Origin: a virus
Strand: one strand, 5' to 3'
Virus record (IMG/VR): IMGVR_UViG_3300005537_000002
Location: 64,001 to 128,000 of that record
Length of the DNA: 64,000 nt
The notes below the pieces were generated by a model. The model did not search any database and had not been told where the DNA came from. It was given only the letters and a program-made list of their open reading frames with translations. A program made the position numbers and the translations under genes. Below, one piece after another: positions 17,901 to 25,203 of this stretch; positions within the stretch are counted from its first letter, which is position 1, and each line of letters opens with the position of its first letter.

Positions 17901-18032
17901 GAGATTTCCAGTGACTGTTTCCAGTACGTGTTGTACACGTACACTGACAGCGAAACAGGCTTACCCAAAACGAAACGAGTCCCGCTATGTTCAGTACCGG
18001 TTGAAGACAGACAGGCAACTGTGCTAGCGTAA
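14982..18032 (+). CDS. polA: Family A DNA polymerase with N-terminal family-4 uracil-DNA glycosylase domain and 3'-5' exonuclease
   Basis: UDG: GEAAG, YLTNACLCRP, HPAYILR, four Fe-S Cys. Exonuclease: DIET, HNGMFD, YMSFD. Polymerase motifs A (SDYSGLE), B (RFMAKFCTFGILYG) and C (VHDA). Confidence 0.95.
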   Translation: MVVETSWVGSADRSLLALCKCSTCGLCNQNDFKPVMGYGNSGARVIFVGEAAGRNEHIQGIPFVGESGRLLTAVLQRVQLSDGSYLQRDDVYLTNACLCRPEDNRTPSAAEIVACNERLKAEIKSLPNRHLIVVLGSSAIKAVTGKHQSMNAMHGKIEWSAEFQCFITYTWHPAYILRTPNDFPDLDYVMSQIPSILDTPKGPIQFQPPKYIVEDSIDMAIKRLLHLLDHVEGDVACDIETTNLELAQPTNFILEIGFSWEDGKAYILPHHIFNDSQVKVVLIRFLEKKSVRFVYHNGMFDIAWLRYKLGAKQAWIGADTMLMSSLYDPRGRGGGEGDEVQGVGTTHGLKPLSRKHCQAPAWEDDIHAYLPNKEASFELIPADVRQRYMSFDLVYTLRLFRRLTELLEKEDPSAEGYPTPLECHYNLLIPAANMLADIESHGILIDRKYVEELRDKMEEQMRVSNEKIREATKEFFRRDGQEITLRKSRDEEVTERKRKLVGTEVRWKARKRYDKSAKAWVPDTPVPDGVRQLYEYEYITRVVKRYYDVVLRGEEAVEHLANEFNVRSALHLRHILYDHLGLPPVEGKEVTDKDQLERYKHAHLIIPLIMEYKNVNRLYGIFIKGMLARLDPYDRCHPRFNIHATRTGRLSSSNPNSQNIPRDGLIKRMFTVPKGYVFVESDYSGLEFTVIAWYCNAHVNPAFHDPTLAQDVAGDIHQAFAEEAFAELLAKIRANKRSLSALEQIMREEVIMTEKRIEQERDKRTDPEEVASLMLKHARFMAKFCTFGILYGRSAHSLAFDDDGMHVSLEQAEEYLRKFFAKYNGLYRFLQQQTKYALERGWQEMPSGRRAKYPFITRDNRSQIERQSWNSPIQGGASDICLGACIDLQKELVARGWGYVLFIVHDAIMMQLKEEHMHEGIALMKSIMEGVTQKLKSPVDFRVETKVGKNWGDAVDIEVEHELVHHHTKTAHHEISSDCFQYVLYTYTDSETGLPKTKRVPLCSVPVEDRQATVLA

Positions 18033-18034
18033 TT

Positions 18035-18077
18035 CAAGTGGGCACCTAGTTTATAAACTAGGTGCCCACTTGTTTTT
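18035..18077. terminator. 38-bp perfect palindrome plus T tract (intrinsic terminator) overlapping the next -35
   Basis: CAAGTGGGCACCTAGTTTA|TAAACTAGGTGCCCACTTG followed by TTTTT. Confidence 0.85.
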
Positions 18078-18099
18078 TGGTTATTAATTCATATATAAT
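18070..18099 (+). promoter_or_regulatory. Sigma70-like phage promoter
   Basis: TTGTTT-18-TATAAT. Confidence 0.7.
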
Positions 18100-18148
18100 A
18101 TTATTAGAGGTAGAAAGTCATTTATATCGAGAAAGGTCAACAAAGACA

Positions 18149-18583
18149 GTGAATGCACGAGAATTTAGGGAGTCAGTTGAGGACCGCTTAGCGCGTTTGG
18201 AGAGAGCCGTGTATCAAGACGACATCGGAGCTCCGTTAGAGACAGATACACCAGCTTCAGAGTTAGAGCAGCGTGTAAAGGAGTTTATGGAGAGTTGTAC
18301 TGTTCGGTATCGACGTAATCCGGAGGAGCATAGTAAACGTCGGAGTGACACCATCATCCGACAGGATGGTTGGAGAGCGTTTATACAGTGGGCAACAGAG
18401 AACAATCATGACATCGTTACGACACTAGGCAAGAACACGTTCTATAAAGCCGTCGTGGCGTTGTATCACCTGCCGTTGATGACAACGTATAACAAAGACG
18501 CTTGGGCCGGTCGGCGCTTTAACCTCGAGGGTAAGAGTCTACTCGACCGGTCGCTCGCATCAACAGAAGGTGTGAGTGAGTAA
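18149..18583 (+). CDS. Possible winged-helix DNA-binding protein (D5/primase C-terminal-like)
   Basis: EFMESC...W.AFIQWA.EN......GKNTFY pattern. Confidence 0.4.
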   Translation: MNAREFRESVEDRLARLERAVYQDDIGAPLETDTPASELEQRVKEFMESCTVRYRRNPEEHSKRRSDTIIRQDGWRAFIQWATENNHDIVTTLGKNTFYKAVVALYHLPLMTTYNKDAWAGRRFNLEGKSLLDRSLASTEGVSE

Positions 18584-18585
18584 AC

Positions 18586-19074
18586 ATGGCAGAGTGGAAA
18601 ATTGCGTTCTCCGGTGGGGCTTCGCTACTACCATATCAAGAAGCGAGTGTAAGGGAGATCACTACGGAGATCTTAACTAAATTCCAATCTAAACTCCCGC
18701 CTGGCGTAGAAGTTCGGGTCATTACTGGAGCCTGTGTTGGCGTAGACGCTATCGTCGCTGAAATAGCGCACGGGGCCGGCTTCTACGTACACACTTTCCT
18801 ACCTGCTAACCGATCGAAAGTAGACCCTTACTGGAACCTACACTGTACGGAGCACACAGAAGTGGGTGACGGTCCTGAGCCGTACAGGCTACGTAACCAA
18901 GCTATGGTTGACGCTGCTGACTCGCTCATCGCCTTTCCATGCACCCCCGAACGTTGGCCTGGCGGTACACTAAGTCGAGAGGGGACTTGGATGACCGTTC
19001 GAATGGCAGACAAAGCAAACAAGATCGACCGCAAAGCATGCATATTCCCACTATGGAATATGCCTCAACAATAG
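18586..19074 (+). CDS. SLOG-family (YspA/DprA-like) nucleotide-binding protein
   Basis: IAFSGG, ITGACVGVD..A, RNQAMVD.AD.LIAF, GTW.TV.MA. Confidence 0.8.
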   Translation: MAEWKIAFSGGASLLPYQEASVREITTEILTKFQSKLPPGVEVRVITGACVGVDAIVAEIAHGAGFYVHTFLPANRSKVDPYWNLHCTEHTEVGDGPEPYRLRNQAMVDAADSLIAFPCTPERWPGGTLSREGTWMTVRMADKANKIDRKACIFPLWNMPQQ

Positions 19075-19090
19075 TAGAAAGGACTCAACA

Positions 19091-19585
19091 ATGCCCCTAA
19101 ACTTTAGGGATAAGGATACGGATATGTTGTACGTTCAAGTACCATCGCTAATCTTTTCCAACGACGGAAAGGGATATGAACATGCGAACATCCAATGGAG
19201 GGCCTTCGCAGTAGTAGTAAACTGCGAGAGTCGTCGCAGACTAGACTGGGTCAAAAAGAACATTTGTCAGTGGATTGCAGACAGTCTCACAAGAAACGAT
19301 GTCGTAATGACTTTCTGGCACGGAGAAGAGATACTCTTTGAAACGATCCTCCAAGCTTTCAGTACTCAGAGCCAACTCGAAGAGGGTAACGAAGCATCAT
19401 TCGACCCTGACACGGGTATATACAACGATCAGTGGGAAGATAGCTGGCACGTCTTTCAGTATCATATTCACGGTACAGAAACTCTTACCATAACTTTCGC
19501 TCCTCATTGGAGAGCGCCGAACTACCCATACGAAAGGCCCAAACGTGGAGATAGGACTATATACGACTGGTATACTCGATCTTAA
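19091..19585 (+). CDS. Hypothetical protein
   Basis: GAAAGGA RBS; operon packing. Confidence 0.6.
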   Translation: MPLNFRDKDTDMLYVQVPSLIFSNDGKGYEHANIQWRAFAVVVNCESRRRLDWVKKNICQWIADSLTRNDVVMTFWHGEEILFETILQAFSTQSQLEEGNEASFDPDTGIYNDQWEDSWHVFQYHIHGTETLTITFAPHWRAPNYPYERPKRGDRTIYDWYTRS

Positions 19586-19595
19586 GGAGGTTCAC

Positions 19596-19874
19596 TTGAC
19601 TAGTGTCAAAAAGGTACGTAGACAGATTCGGGAGGACATGCTCTACGGTCTAGAACGTCTTTACGATAACAAACAGGTCTCGTATGAGGGTGACGACTTT
19701 GTGGTAGAACAGGGTACAGTTGACGGGGTAACAGGTAAGCCTAACATAGTATATTACAGTGGACCGTACGGAGCTTGGACGTGTAGACTAAACGATGGGA
19801 GGTTAGGCAAACTTATGCCATGTGACTCTATAGCGACGGCACTCGCTATGAAACCTCAGAAAGACGAAGTATGA
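19596..19874 (+). CDS. Hypothetical protein
   Basis: AAGGAGG RBS before TTG 19596. Confidence 0.55.
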   Translation: MTSVKKVRRQIREDMLYGLERLYDNKQVSYEGDDFVVEQGTVDGVTGKPNIVYYSGPYGAWTCRLNDGRLGKLMPCDSIATALAMKPQKDEV

Positions 19875-19875
19875 C

Positions 19876-20451
19876 ATGCTAGAATCGATAGAGACAACAC
19901 ACAACGGTTTCAGATTTCGTTCCCGAAAGGAGGCCCGTTGGGCTGTGTTTTTCGACACAGCCCAAATACCTTTCCTCTATGAACCGGAGGGCTTCAAGCT
20001 ATCATTCGATGCTTCGCAGAAAGACTACAGTTTCACTGACTCTGACGACATAGAGGAAACTCTATGGTACTTACCCGACTTTTGGCTGCCGCAACAAGAC
20101 TGCTATTGGGAAGTAAAGGGGGTAGAACCCGCAAGAATGGAAAACATTCGTGCGAAGAGACTAGCTTACGGGTCAGGTAAAGATGTATTCATCAGCTTCG
20201 GTGACATATGGCTCCCAGAAGAAGGTACAAATACAGACTATTGTAGCGCTCACGTCTTCTTCGGTAGTGGAGGTTGGGACCTAGCATACTGGTGGTGCCA
20301 ATGCGACTATTGTGGCAAACTCCAACTACAGTTTGAGGGTCGAGTAGAGCGCTGCTCTTGTAAACAGACTGAACGTAGGCTTAAAGGAGGAGGTACAAAC
20401 TCCGATCGATTAGTAAGGGCCTATAAAGCAGCTCGTAGTGCTAGATTTTGA
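19876..20451 (+). CDS. PD-(D/E)XK-family nuclease
   Basis: FRSRKEARWAVFFD...YEPEGF...YLPDFWLP....WEVKG. Confidence 0.8.
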   Translation: MLESIETTHNGFRFRSRKEARWAVFFDTAQIPFLYEPEGFKLSFDASQKDYSFTDSDDIEETLWYLPDFWLPQQDCYWEVKGVEPARMENIRAKRLAYGSGKDVFISFGDIWLPEEGTNTDYCSAHVFFGSGGWDLAYWWCQCDYCGKLQLQFEGRVERCSCKQTERRLKGGGTNSDRLVRAYKAARSARF

Positions 20452-20462
20452 GGAGTTGGTTC

Positions 20463-21476
20463 GTGATTGCTACAAACACGTTAGTGTGGACGGATGCTAG
20501 CGTGAAAACGTTAGCGCAGTTGAGCGTTGGAGACAAGGTCGTTTCCAACGCTCAACTTAAGCAGGTTCGAACGGTCGAACGGACTGAAGTAGATAGGACG
20601 CTTACTATACGTGCAGCAGGTGTGCAGGATGTGTGTATGTCACTCGACCAGCAAGTGTATAGTCGTAAGCCTAAAGATGTCGAATGTACGTGGCGTATAG
20701 CGGCTGAGCTAGATACGGAAGATTTTATTTGGGTTCCTCGTCTGACAGCCACGTCTTGGAACACTGACTATCGAAGTGTTGCACTAACTCGAGAGCTTGC
20801 CAACGTTATTGGCTGGTACTTAGCTGTAGGAAATGCTATACCTAGCACAGGTATGGTGTACTGGAACTTTACTCGAGCAGAGGAGGAATACGCCGCACAA
20901 CTCATGTCAGACCTGCTAGTCGTGCGTGCATTCTTCGTTACGGAATCATCGCACAATAGAATCGGTATGCCTCGTATGCAGCACACGGGCATCAATGGCA
21001 TACTGGTTAAGTTCGGGAGTAAGCGTATGTCTGACTGGCTGAAACTGAACTTCGGCAACGCTTCGGCTAACAAACACATTCCTCCGTGGGTGTATAGAAC
21101 GTCTCCTAAGTTTATTGACCAACTGCTAGCCTCGTATTCGCATGCCGACGGTATTGCGGGTCGTGAGTGGCTAGTTAGCACAGTGTCAATTGACCTAGCT
21201 TACGGCTTGCAACGCTTGCTCAATAAACTTGGGAAGTGCATACGGGTCATCACTAAAGATAACACGTACGGGTACCCCACACTCCATCAATGGGAGTACG
21301 TACTGTACTACGGGTGGCATAGAAGGCAGTCTCAGAAATTCGTCGGCGCTTATAAAGACCACTTCGAGTGTGCTATAGAACGGATTACGCCCTCGAATAA
21401 ACGTATGGAGGTAGGGACTATCCACACTGTAGGCTCGCTACCCTACGCAGTTCCGTACTTAGTGATGCCTACTTGA
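20463..21476 (+). CDS. Free-standing intein-derived Hint + LAGLIDADG protein, splicing-dead
   Basis: Starts at intein block A (M-IATNTLVWT...LSVGDKV). LAGLIDADG blocks IGWYLAVG and LLASYSHADG, KHIP, STVS.DLA.GLQRLL.KLG; no Cys1 or terminal HN. Confidence 0.75.
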   Translation: MIATNTLVWTDASVKTLAQLSVGDKVVSNAQLKQVRTVERTEVDRTLTIRAAGVQDVCMSLDQQVYSRKPKDVECTWRIAAELDTEDFIWVPRLTATSWNTDYRSVALTRELANVIGWYLAVGNAIPSTGMVYWNFTRAEEEYAAQLMSDLLVVRAFFVTESSHNRIGMPRMQHTGINGILVKFGSKRMSDWLKLNFGNASANKHIPPWVYRTSPKFIDQLLASYSHADGIAGREWLVSTVSIDLAYGLQRLLNKLGKCIRVITKDNTYGYPTLHQWEYVLYYGWHRRQSQKFVGAYKDHFECAIERITPSNKRMEVGTIHTVGSLPYAVPYLVMPT

Positions 21477-21502
21477 TTTTCCAAGCGCCATATATTATAA
21501 TT
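21473..21502 (+). promoter_or_regulatory. Sigma70-like phage promoter
   Basis: TTGATT-18-TATAAT. Confidence 0.7.
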
Positions 21503-21548
21503 AGTTTATATATAGTAGAAGGTTAGCACGCCTTCTGAAAGGAGCCAC

Positions 21549-22127
21549 GTGAGAACTGAGGACATACTACTGGACCTCCGACTTTCCATTTCGCCAACAA
21601 CGTTCGGGTTGAGTGCTGACGAAAAGCGACTACTAAAGTACGCTTTCACCATCAGTAGGAACTTCTTCCACGAGAGCGACCTACTACCTCTAAAAGAGTG
21701 GCAGAAATACTTCGCGGAAGAACTTTCAGAGTCCCAAGCAGCCGAAGAAGAGGGTAGACGTATTGTAGCAGATCCGAACGCAACTGAGGACCAAAAGATA
21801 CGGGCTTGGCTGAACGTCTATCTAGAGGGTTCAGACTTACTGTACGATGCCGTATGCTGTTACTATAGAGGTAGTAAAGATGAACTACGTTTCGCAAAGG
21901 ACTGTTTTGCGAACTCAGGTTGCACCTATGACGGTTTCTTGGCAGCGGCACTCATTAAGTACGAACTACGGCAGCGAGATAAAAACCCAGACGTAGAACT
22001 CGCGCGTATCGGAGCGCACTTCAGCTACGCTCTTATTAATGGGAAGTGGTCCGCTGACCCCAATGACTTACCGAAGTCAGAGGCGATGTCAGTCATCGGT
22101 AGAAGCGTAGAGTACCGCTTCGACTAG
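21549..22127 (+). CDS. Possible MazG-like all-alpha nucleotide pyrophosphohydrolase
   Basis: EELSE...LEGSDLLY...KYELR resembles EExxE...ExGD...K..R. Confidence 0.35.
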   Translation: MRTEDILLDLRLSISPTTFGLSADEKRLLKYAFTISRNFFHESDLLPLKEWQKYFAEELSESQAAEEEGRRIVADPNATEDQKIRAWLNVYLEGSDLLYDAVCCYYRGSKDELRFAKDCFANSGCTYDGFLAAALIKYELRQRDKNPDVELARIGAHFSYALINGKWSADPNDLPKSEAMSVIGRSVEYRFD

Positions 22128-22241
22128 GAGGTAGCAATGTCAGTAGCCCTGTGTCAAGACATACTACTATACCTCGCTATCGCTGGTAGCTCGCTTGGAG
22201 GCATCTACTTCGTTGTGCTATCTCTAGCGAGAGGATGAGTA

Positions 22242-22526
22242 ATGGCGGCAGTTACGTCTGCGGCGATACTTTCTGTGGCGCTATTAGTAATACTATCCGG
22301 TAGGTACAGAAAACGTAGAAGCAGGTGGAAAAGCAACCATCTCATCTTCAGTATCGGATGTGGATCGTTCTTTCTAGTGCTATTGTTAGCACTAGTTGCT
22401 AGTGCATTCACTGTACTGTACAGTGCAGAGCATGCGTTCTTTGTAGACGCAGTTGCAACTTGGATCGTTGCATTCTGCTGTGCTTGTATATGCCTCGGAA
22501 GTCTTTTTGCGTACTTCCGAGGCTAG
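22242..22526 (+). CDS. Small multi-TM membrane protein
   Basis: Three hydrophobic segments. Confidence 0.5.
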   Translation: MAAVTSAAILSVALLVILSGRYRKRRSRWKSNHLIFSIGCGSFFLVLLLALVASAFTVLYSAEHAFFVDAVATWIVAFCCACICLGSLFAYFRG

Positions 22527-22544
22527 CTACTTATATGGAGTCTT

Positions 22545-23108
22545 ATGTCAGCAGATACACCTATTGTAGATCAGCCTACGTCAGAGTTACCAGTAGTGCG
22601 ACCAACTCATACTTGGAGGGTAGTAGCAGATCCGAAGGGGGATCGGAAGCTACTGTCAGTTGGAACGAGCGTACTTGAAGCTATTCAAAGCTTCGCTCGT
22701 GGAGTACAGGATAACCAGCCGATTGGCATCTATTTAGATGATGTACCCGTCGCCGGAGTACACATCCAAGCAAACCAACCGCCGCTATGCTTACATATCC
22801 TAACGGATATGTCAGCGGCAGATATTGATTGGCACAGCGGACCTACTTCTGTTTGCACGATCGACGAGACGACGGTTATCGACTTGTTGAAAGTCGCATG
22901 TAACGGAGGTAGGATAACGTCCAAACTTCGATTGCCCCTCCCAGTTGTCAGTCGCACCTCAGATGTAAGTTCACTCACACTCGTGAAACTACTACTCTCC
23001 GCACTGTCCAACGAGACACAACCCCATGTGCTAACTGAGCAATGCCAAGCAATCGTCGTACAAGTTGACAAGACGTCGTGTAAATATCTACACGTCAAAC
23101 GTAGTTAA
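22545..23108 (+). CDS. Hypothetical protein
   Basis: GGAG RBS; directly upstream of the RAMP-like gene. Confidence 0.55.
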   Translation: MSADTPIVDQPTSELPVVRPTHTWRVVADPKGDRKLLSVGTSVLEAIQSFARGVQDNQPIGIYLDDVPVAGVHIQANQPPLCLHILTDMSAADIDWHSGPTSVCTIDETTVIDLLKVACNGGRITSKLRLPLPVVSRTSDVSSLTLVKLLLSALSNETQPHVLTEQCQAIVVQVDKTSCKYLHVKRS

Positions 23109-23129
23109 GTAGAAGGGAATACCACGAAT

Positions 23130-23693
23130 ATGGCTGCAGTTATCATCGTCTCCATTACGGGGATGACCCCACTTATTATGAACCGCTTCCACGAGGAAGC
23201 ACAGGCAGAAGCTACCTCCCGCGTACACTCACGTAAGGAAACGCTCTCTCCGGAAGACGACGCCAAAGGTAGACTCTACCAAAACGAAGAACTCGGAGTC
23301 TACATGCCGGCCGAGTGGGTCCGTCAGTCTGTTATTGAAGCAGCTAAGAGACACAAAATTGGTAGACGGGCCGCTACTACAGACATTGCTGCCGCTGTGT
23401 ACATCGAACCGTTCGCTATGAAGCTCGAAGGTGAGTGGCACGTAGACACTCGTCCAGTCGTTATACCTGCCACTCAAGGACGTATTCTCAGACACAGGCC
23501 GATGTTCGAAACCTGGTCCGTGAAGGGTTTTCGATTGCAAGTCGAAACTGACCTCGTCGACGAAAAGCTAGTACGAGCTGTGCTAGACGACAGCGGTAGA
23601 TTCGTAGGGGTAGGAGACTTCAGACCCACTAAGAAAGGCCCCTACGGCAGATTCCGTGTAGACAGTTGGGAACGTTTAAGCAACCACTCATAA
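23130..23693 (+). CDS. Minimal RAMP/Cas7-like protein (Vipr-like)
   Basis: beta1 ITGMTPLIM, YMPAEWVRQSV (Cas7-like y.P...+G/Q..), C-terminal Gly-rich loop GRFVGVGDFRPTKKGPYGRFRV; no other cas genes in the window. Confidence 0.8.
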   Translation: MAAVIIVSITGMTPLIMNRFHEEAQAEATSRVHSRKETLSPEDDAKGRLYQNEELGVYMPAEWVRQSVIEAAKRHKIGRRAATTDIAAAVYIEPFAMKLEGEWHVDTRPVVIPATQGRILRHRPMFETWSVKGFRLQVETDLVDEKLVRAVLDDSGRFVGVGDFRPTKKGPYGRFRVDSWERLSNHS

Positions 23694-23694
23694 A

Positions 23695-24886
23695 GGTTTG
23701 GTTTGTCAAGTTAGGCTATGGTGGGTCACGGCAAGGTAAGGACGCTTCGGCTCGGATTGGTGAGCTATAGTAAGTCACGGTAGGGTGTTGTAGGGTAAGG
23801 ATGGCGTGGTTTGGACTAGTGCGACTTGGAGCCGTGGGGTAAGTCACGTTCCGGTATCGCGCGGTGTGGATGCCCAGGTACGGATCGGTTTGCTAGTGCG
23901 AGGTTGACACTGGTAGAGTTTGGTTTGTCTAGCTGGCGTCAGGTGAGGAAGCTATGGTGAGGTCGAGCATGGCAGAGTTTGCTCGGGTACTGCTAGGCGG
24001 GTTAAGGTACGGTCCGGAAGCTTTGGTCAGGTTAGGTATGCTCGAGTTTGTTACGGTGTGTTAAGGTTCTGTTTGGCTTGCTACGTTATGTATAGGTTGG
24101 CTATGCTGAGATATGGTAAGGACGCTTTGGTTTGGACTGGTCGGGACAGTTAAGGGGTGGTCCGGTATAGCTTGCTACGGATTGGTTTCGTTCGGCTCGG
24201 TTAGGAAGCTTCGGTACGGTGAGTTGAGGCTAGGATTGCAATGGTCGGGTATGTTTTTATAGGGTTCGGTTAGATCAGTAGTGGTAAGGCGCCGTAGGGA
24301 CAGGTCTGAGAGGCGAGGTTGCATGCGGCTAGGAGTGGTGTCGTATGGTACGGATGCTAAGGAGAGGTTAGGACTGCAATGGTCTGTCGCGGTAATGACA
24401 GGCGTGTCGATGTGTGGTATGTTCAGGTGAGGATGCTTCGGTATGGATCGGCGCTGTTTGGAAAGGTTTGCTAGGGTAAGTCGAGGCTCACAGAGGTATG
24501 GTAGGTCGTGGTACAGAACGGTTCGGAAGCCTAGGTATGGTACGTAATGGCATGCTTTGGTAGTCTTTTGTCTGGCACGCTAAGTCGAGGTGGAGTTCGG
24601 TAAGCTGCGGAGAGGAAGCTAAGGTCTGGAACGTCGAGGTATGGTATGGGAAGCCATTGTACGGTGAGTCGGTGTGAGCGAAGGTTTGTTAGGCTGGGGT
24701 ATGGAAGTCCAGGAAAGGTGAGGTGCAGTTTGGCAGTGCGTGGTGAGGTAGGGCTGTGTCCCGGTAACGTGAGGTAAGGTACTGCAACGCGCGGTGAGGT
24801 TCGGATGCTAAGAACAGGCGTGGTACGGTATAGTGGGGAAATGCTAGGTAAGGCATGTCAAGTTGCGCTTGCGTAAGGTACGGTTT
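23695..24886 (+). repeat. Non-coding GGY-NN pentamer array (predicted guide-RNA precursor): 213 pentamers, 15 segments, 14 nine-nt delimiters
   Basis: Parsed by hand: 213x5 + 14x9 + one extra base = 1192 nt. Begins 1 nt after the RAMP stop codon; no + strand ORF. Confidence 0.9.
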
Positions 24887-25167
24887 TACAGCGCGTGATA
24901 GTATGCGGAACCGTTGTCGAAGCATACTATCACGCGTTCGTAGTGGTTTCGGTACGCTCTATCATAGTTTGGGGTTCCGATGAGATGTAGAGCCATCTCA
25001 ATTGTAGAGTCTGACGTGTATAGCACAGTGCCATCATTAGAGGCCTTTGCTAGGTAATAGCGTACTAGGCTACCCCTTCGGACTAGCACAGTTGCATTGT
25101 AGGTCGGTTCGTTTGTCCGAGCTCTCAACAGAGAAAACGGACGTTCATTGGCTTTCCCCTCTGACAT
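24886..25167 (-). CDS. Hypothetical protein, the only plausible minus-strand gene
   Basis: AAGGAG RBS on the minus strand; convergent on the array; divergent from the AT-rich promoter at 25204. Confidence 0.45.
   Translation of the reverse strand: MSEGKANERPFSLLRARTNEPTYNATVLVRRGSLVRYYLAKASNDGTVLYTSDSTIEMALHLIGTPNYDRAYRNHYERVIVCFDNGSAYYHAL
24892..24936. terminator. 15-bp perfect hairpin closing the array
   Basis: CGCGTGATAGTATGC-15 nt-GCATACTATCACGCG. Confidence 0.65.
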
Positions 25168-25203
25168 GGATACCTGTTCTCCTTCGTAGTAAACACAGCC
25201 CTC

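Noticed and set aside
24649-24657. Extra delimiter-like GGAAGCC (also GGAGCC at 23828 and GGCGCC at 24288)
   Set aside because: These fall within or across the normal pentamer register and cause no phase shift.
23695-24886. Canonical CRISPR array
   Set aside because: No 23-50-nt constant repeat alternating with unique spacers; the periodicity is 5 nt with 9-nt delimiters, and no cas1/cas2 are present.
23695-24886. Simple microsatellite or G-quadruplex decay
   Set aside because: Variation is confined largely to positions 4-5 and register is kept over 213 units with regular delimiters, which slippage would not produce. Two-tier G4 folding remains possible but does not explain this grammar.
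24689-24925. 78-aa minus-strand ORF over the array
   Set aside because: Its P/Y/L/H-rich sequence is the antisense read of GGY-NN repeats; no RBS.
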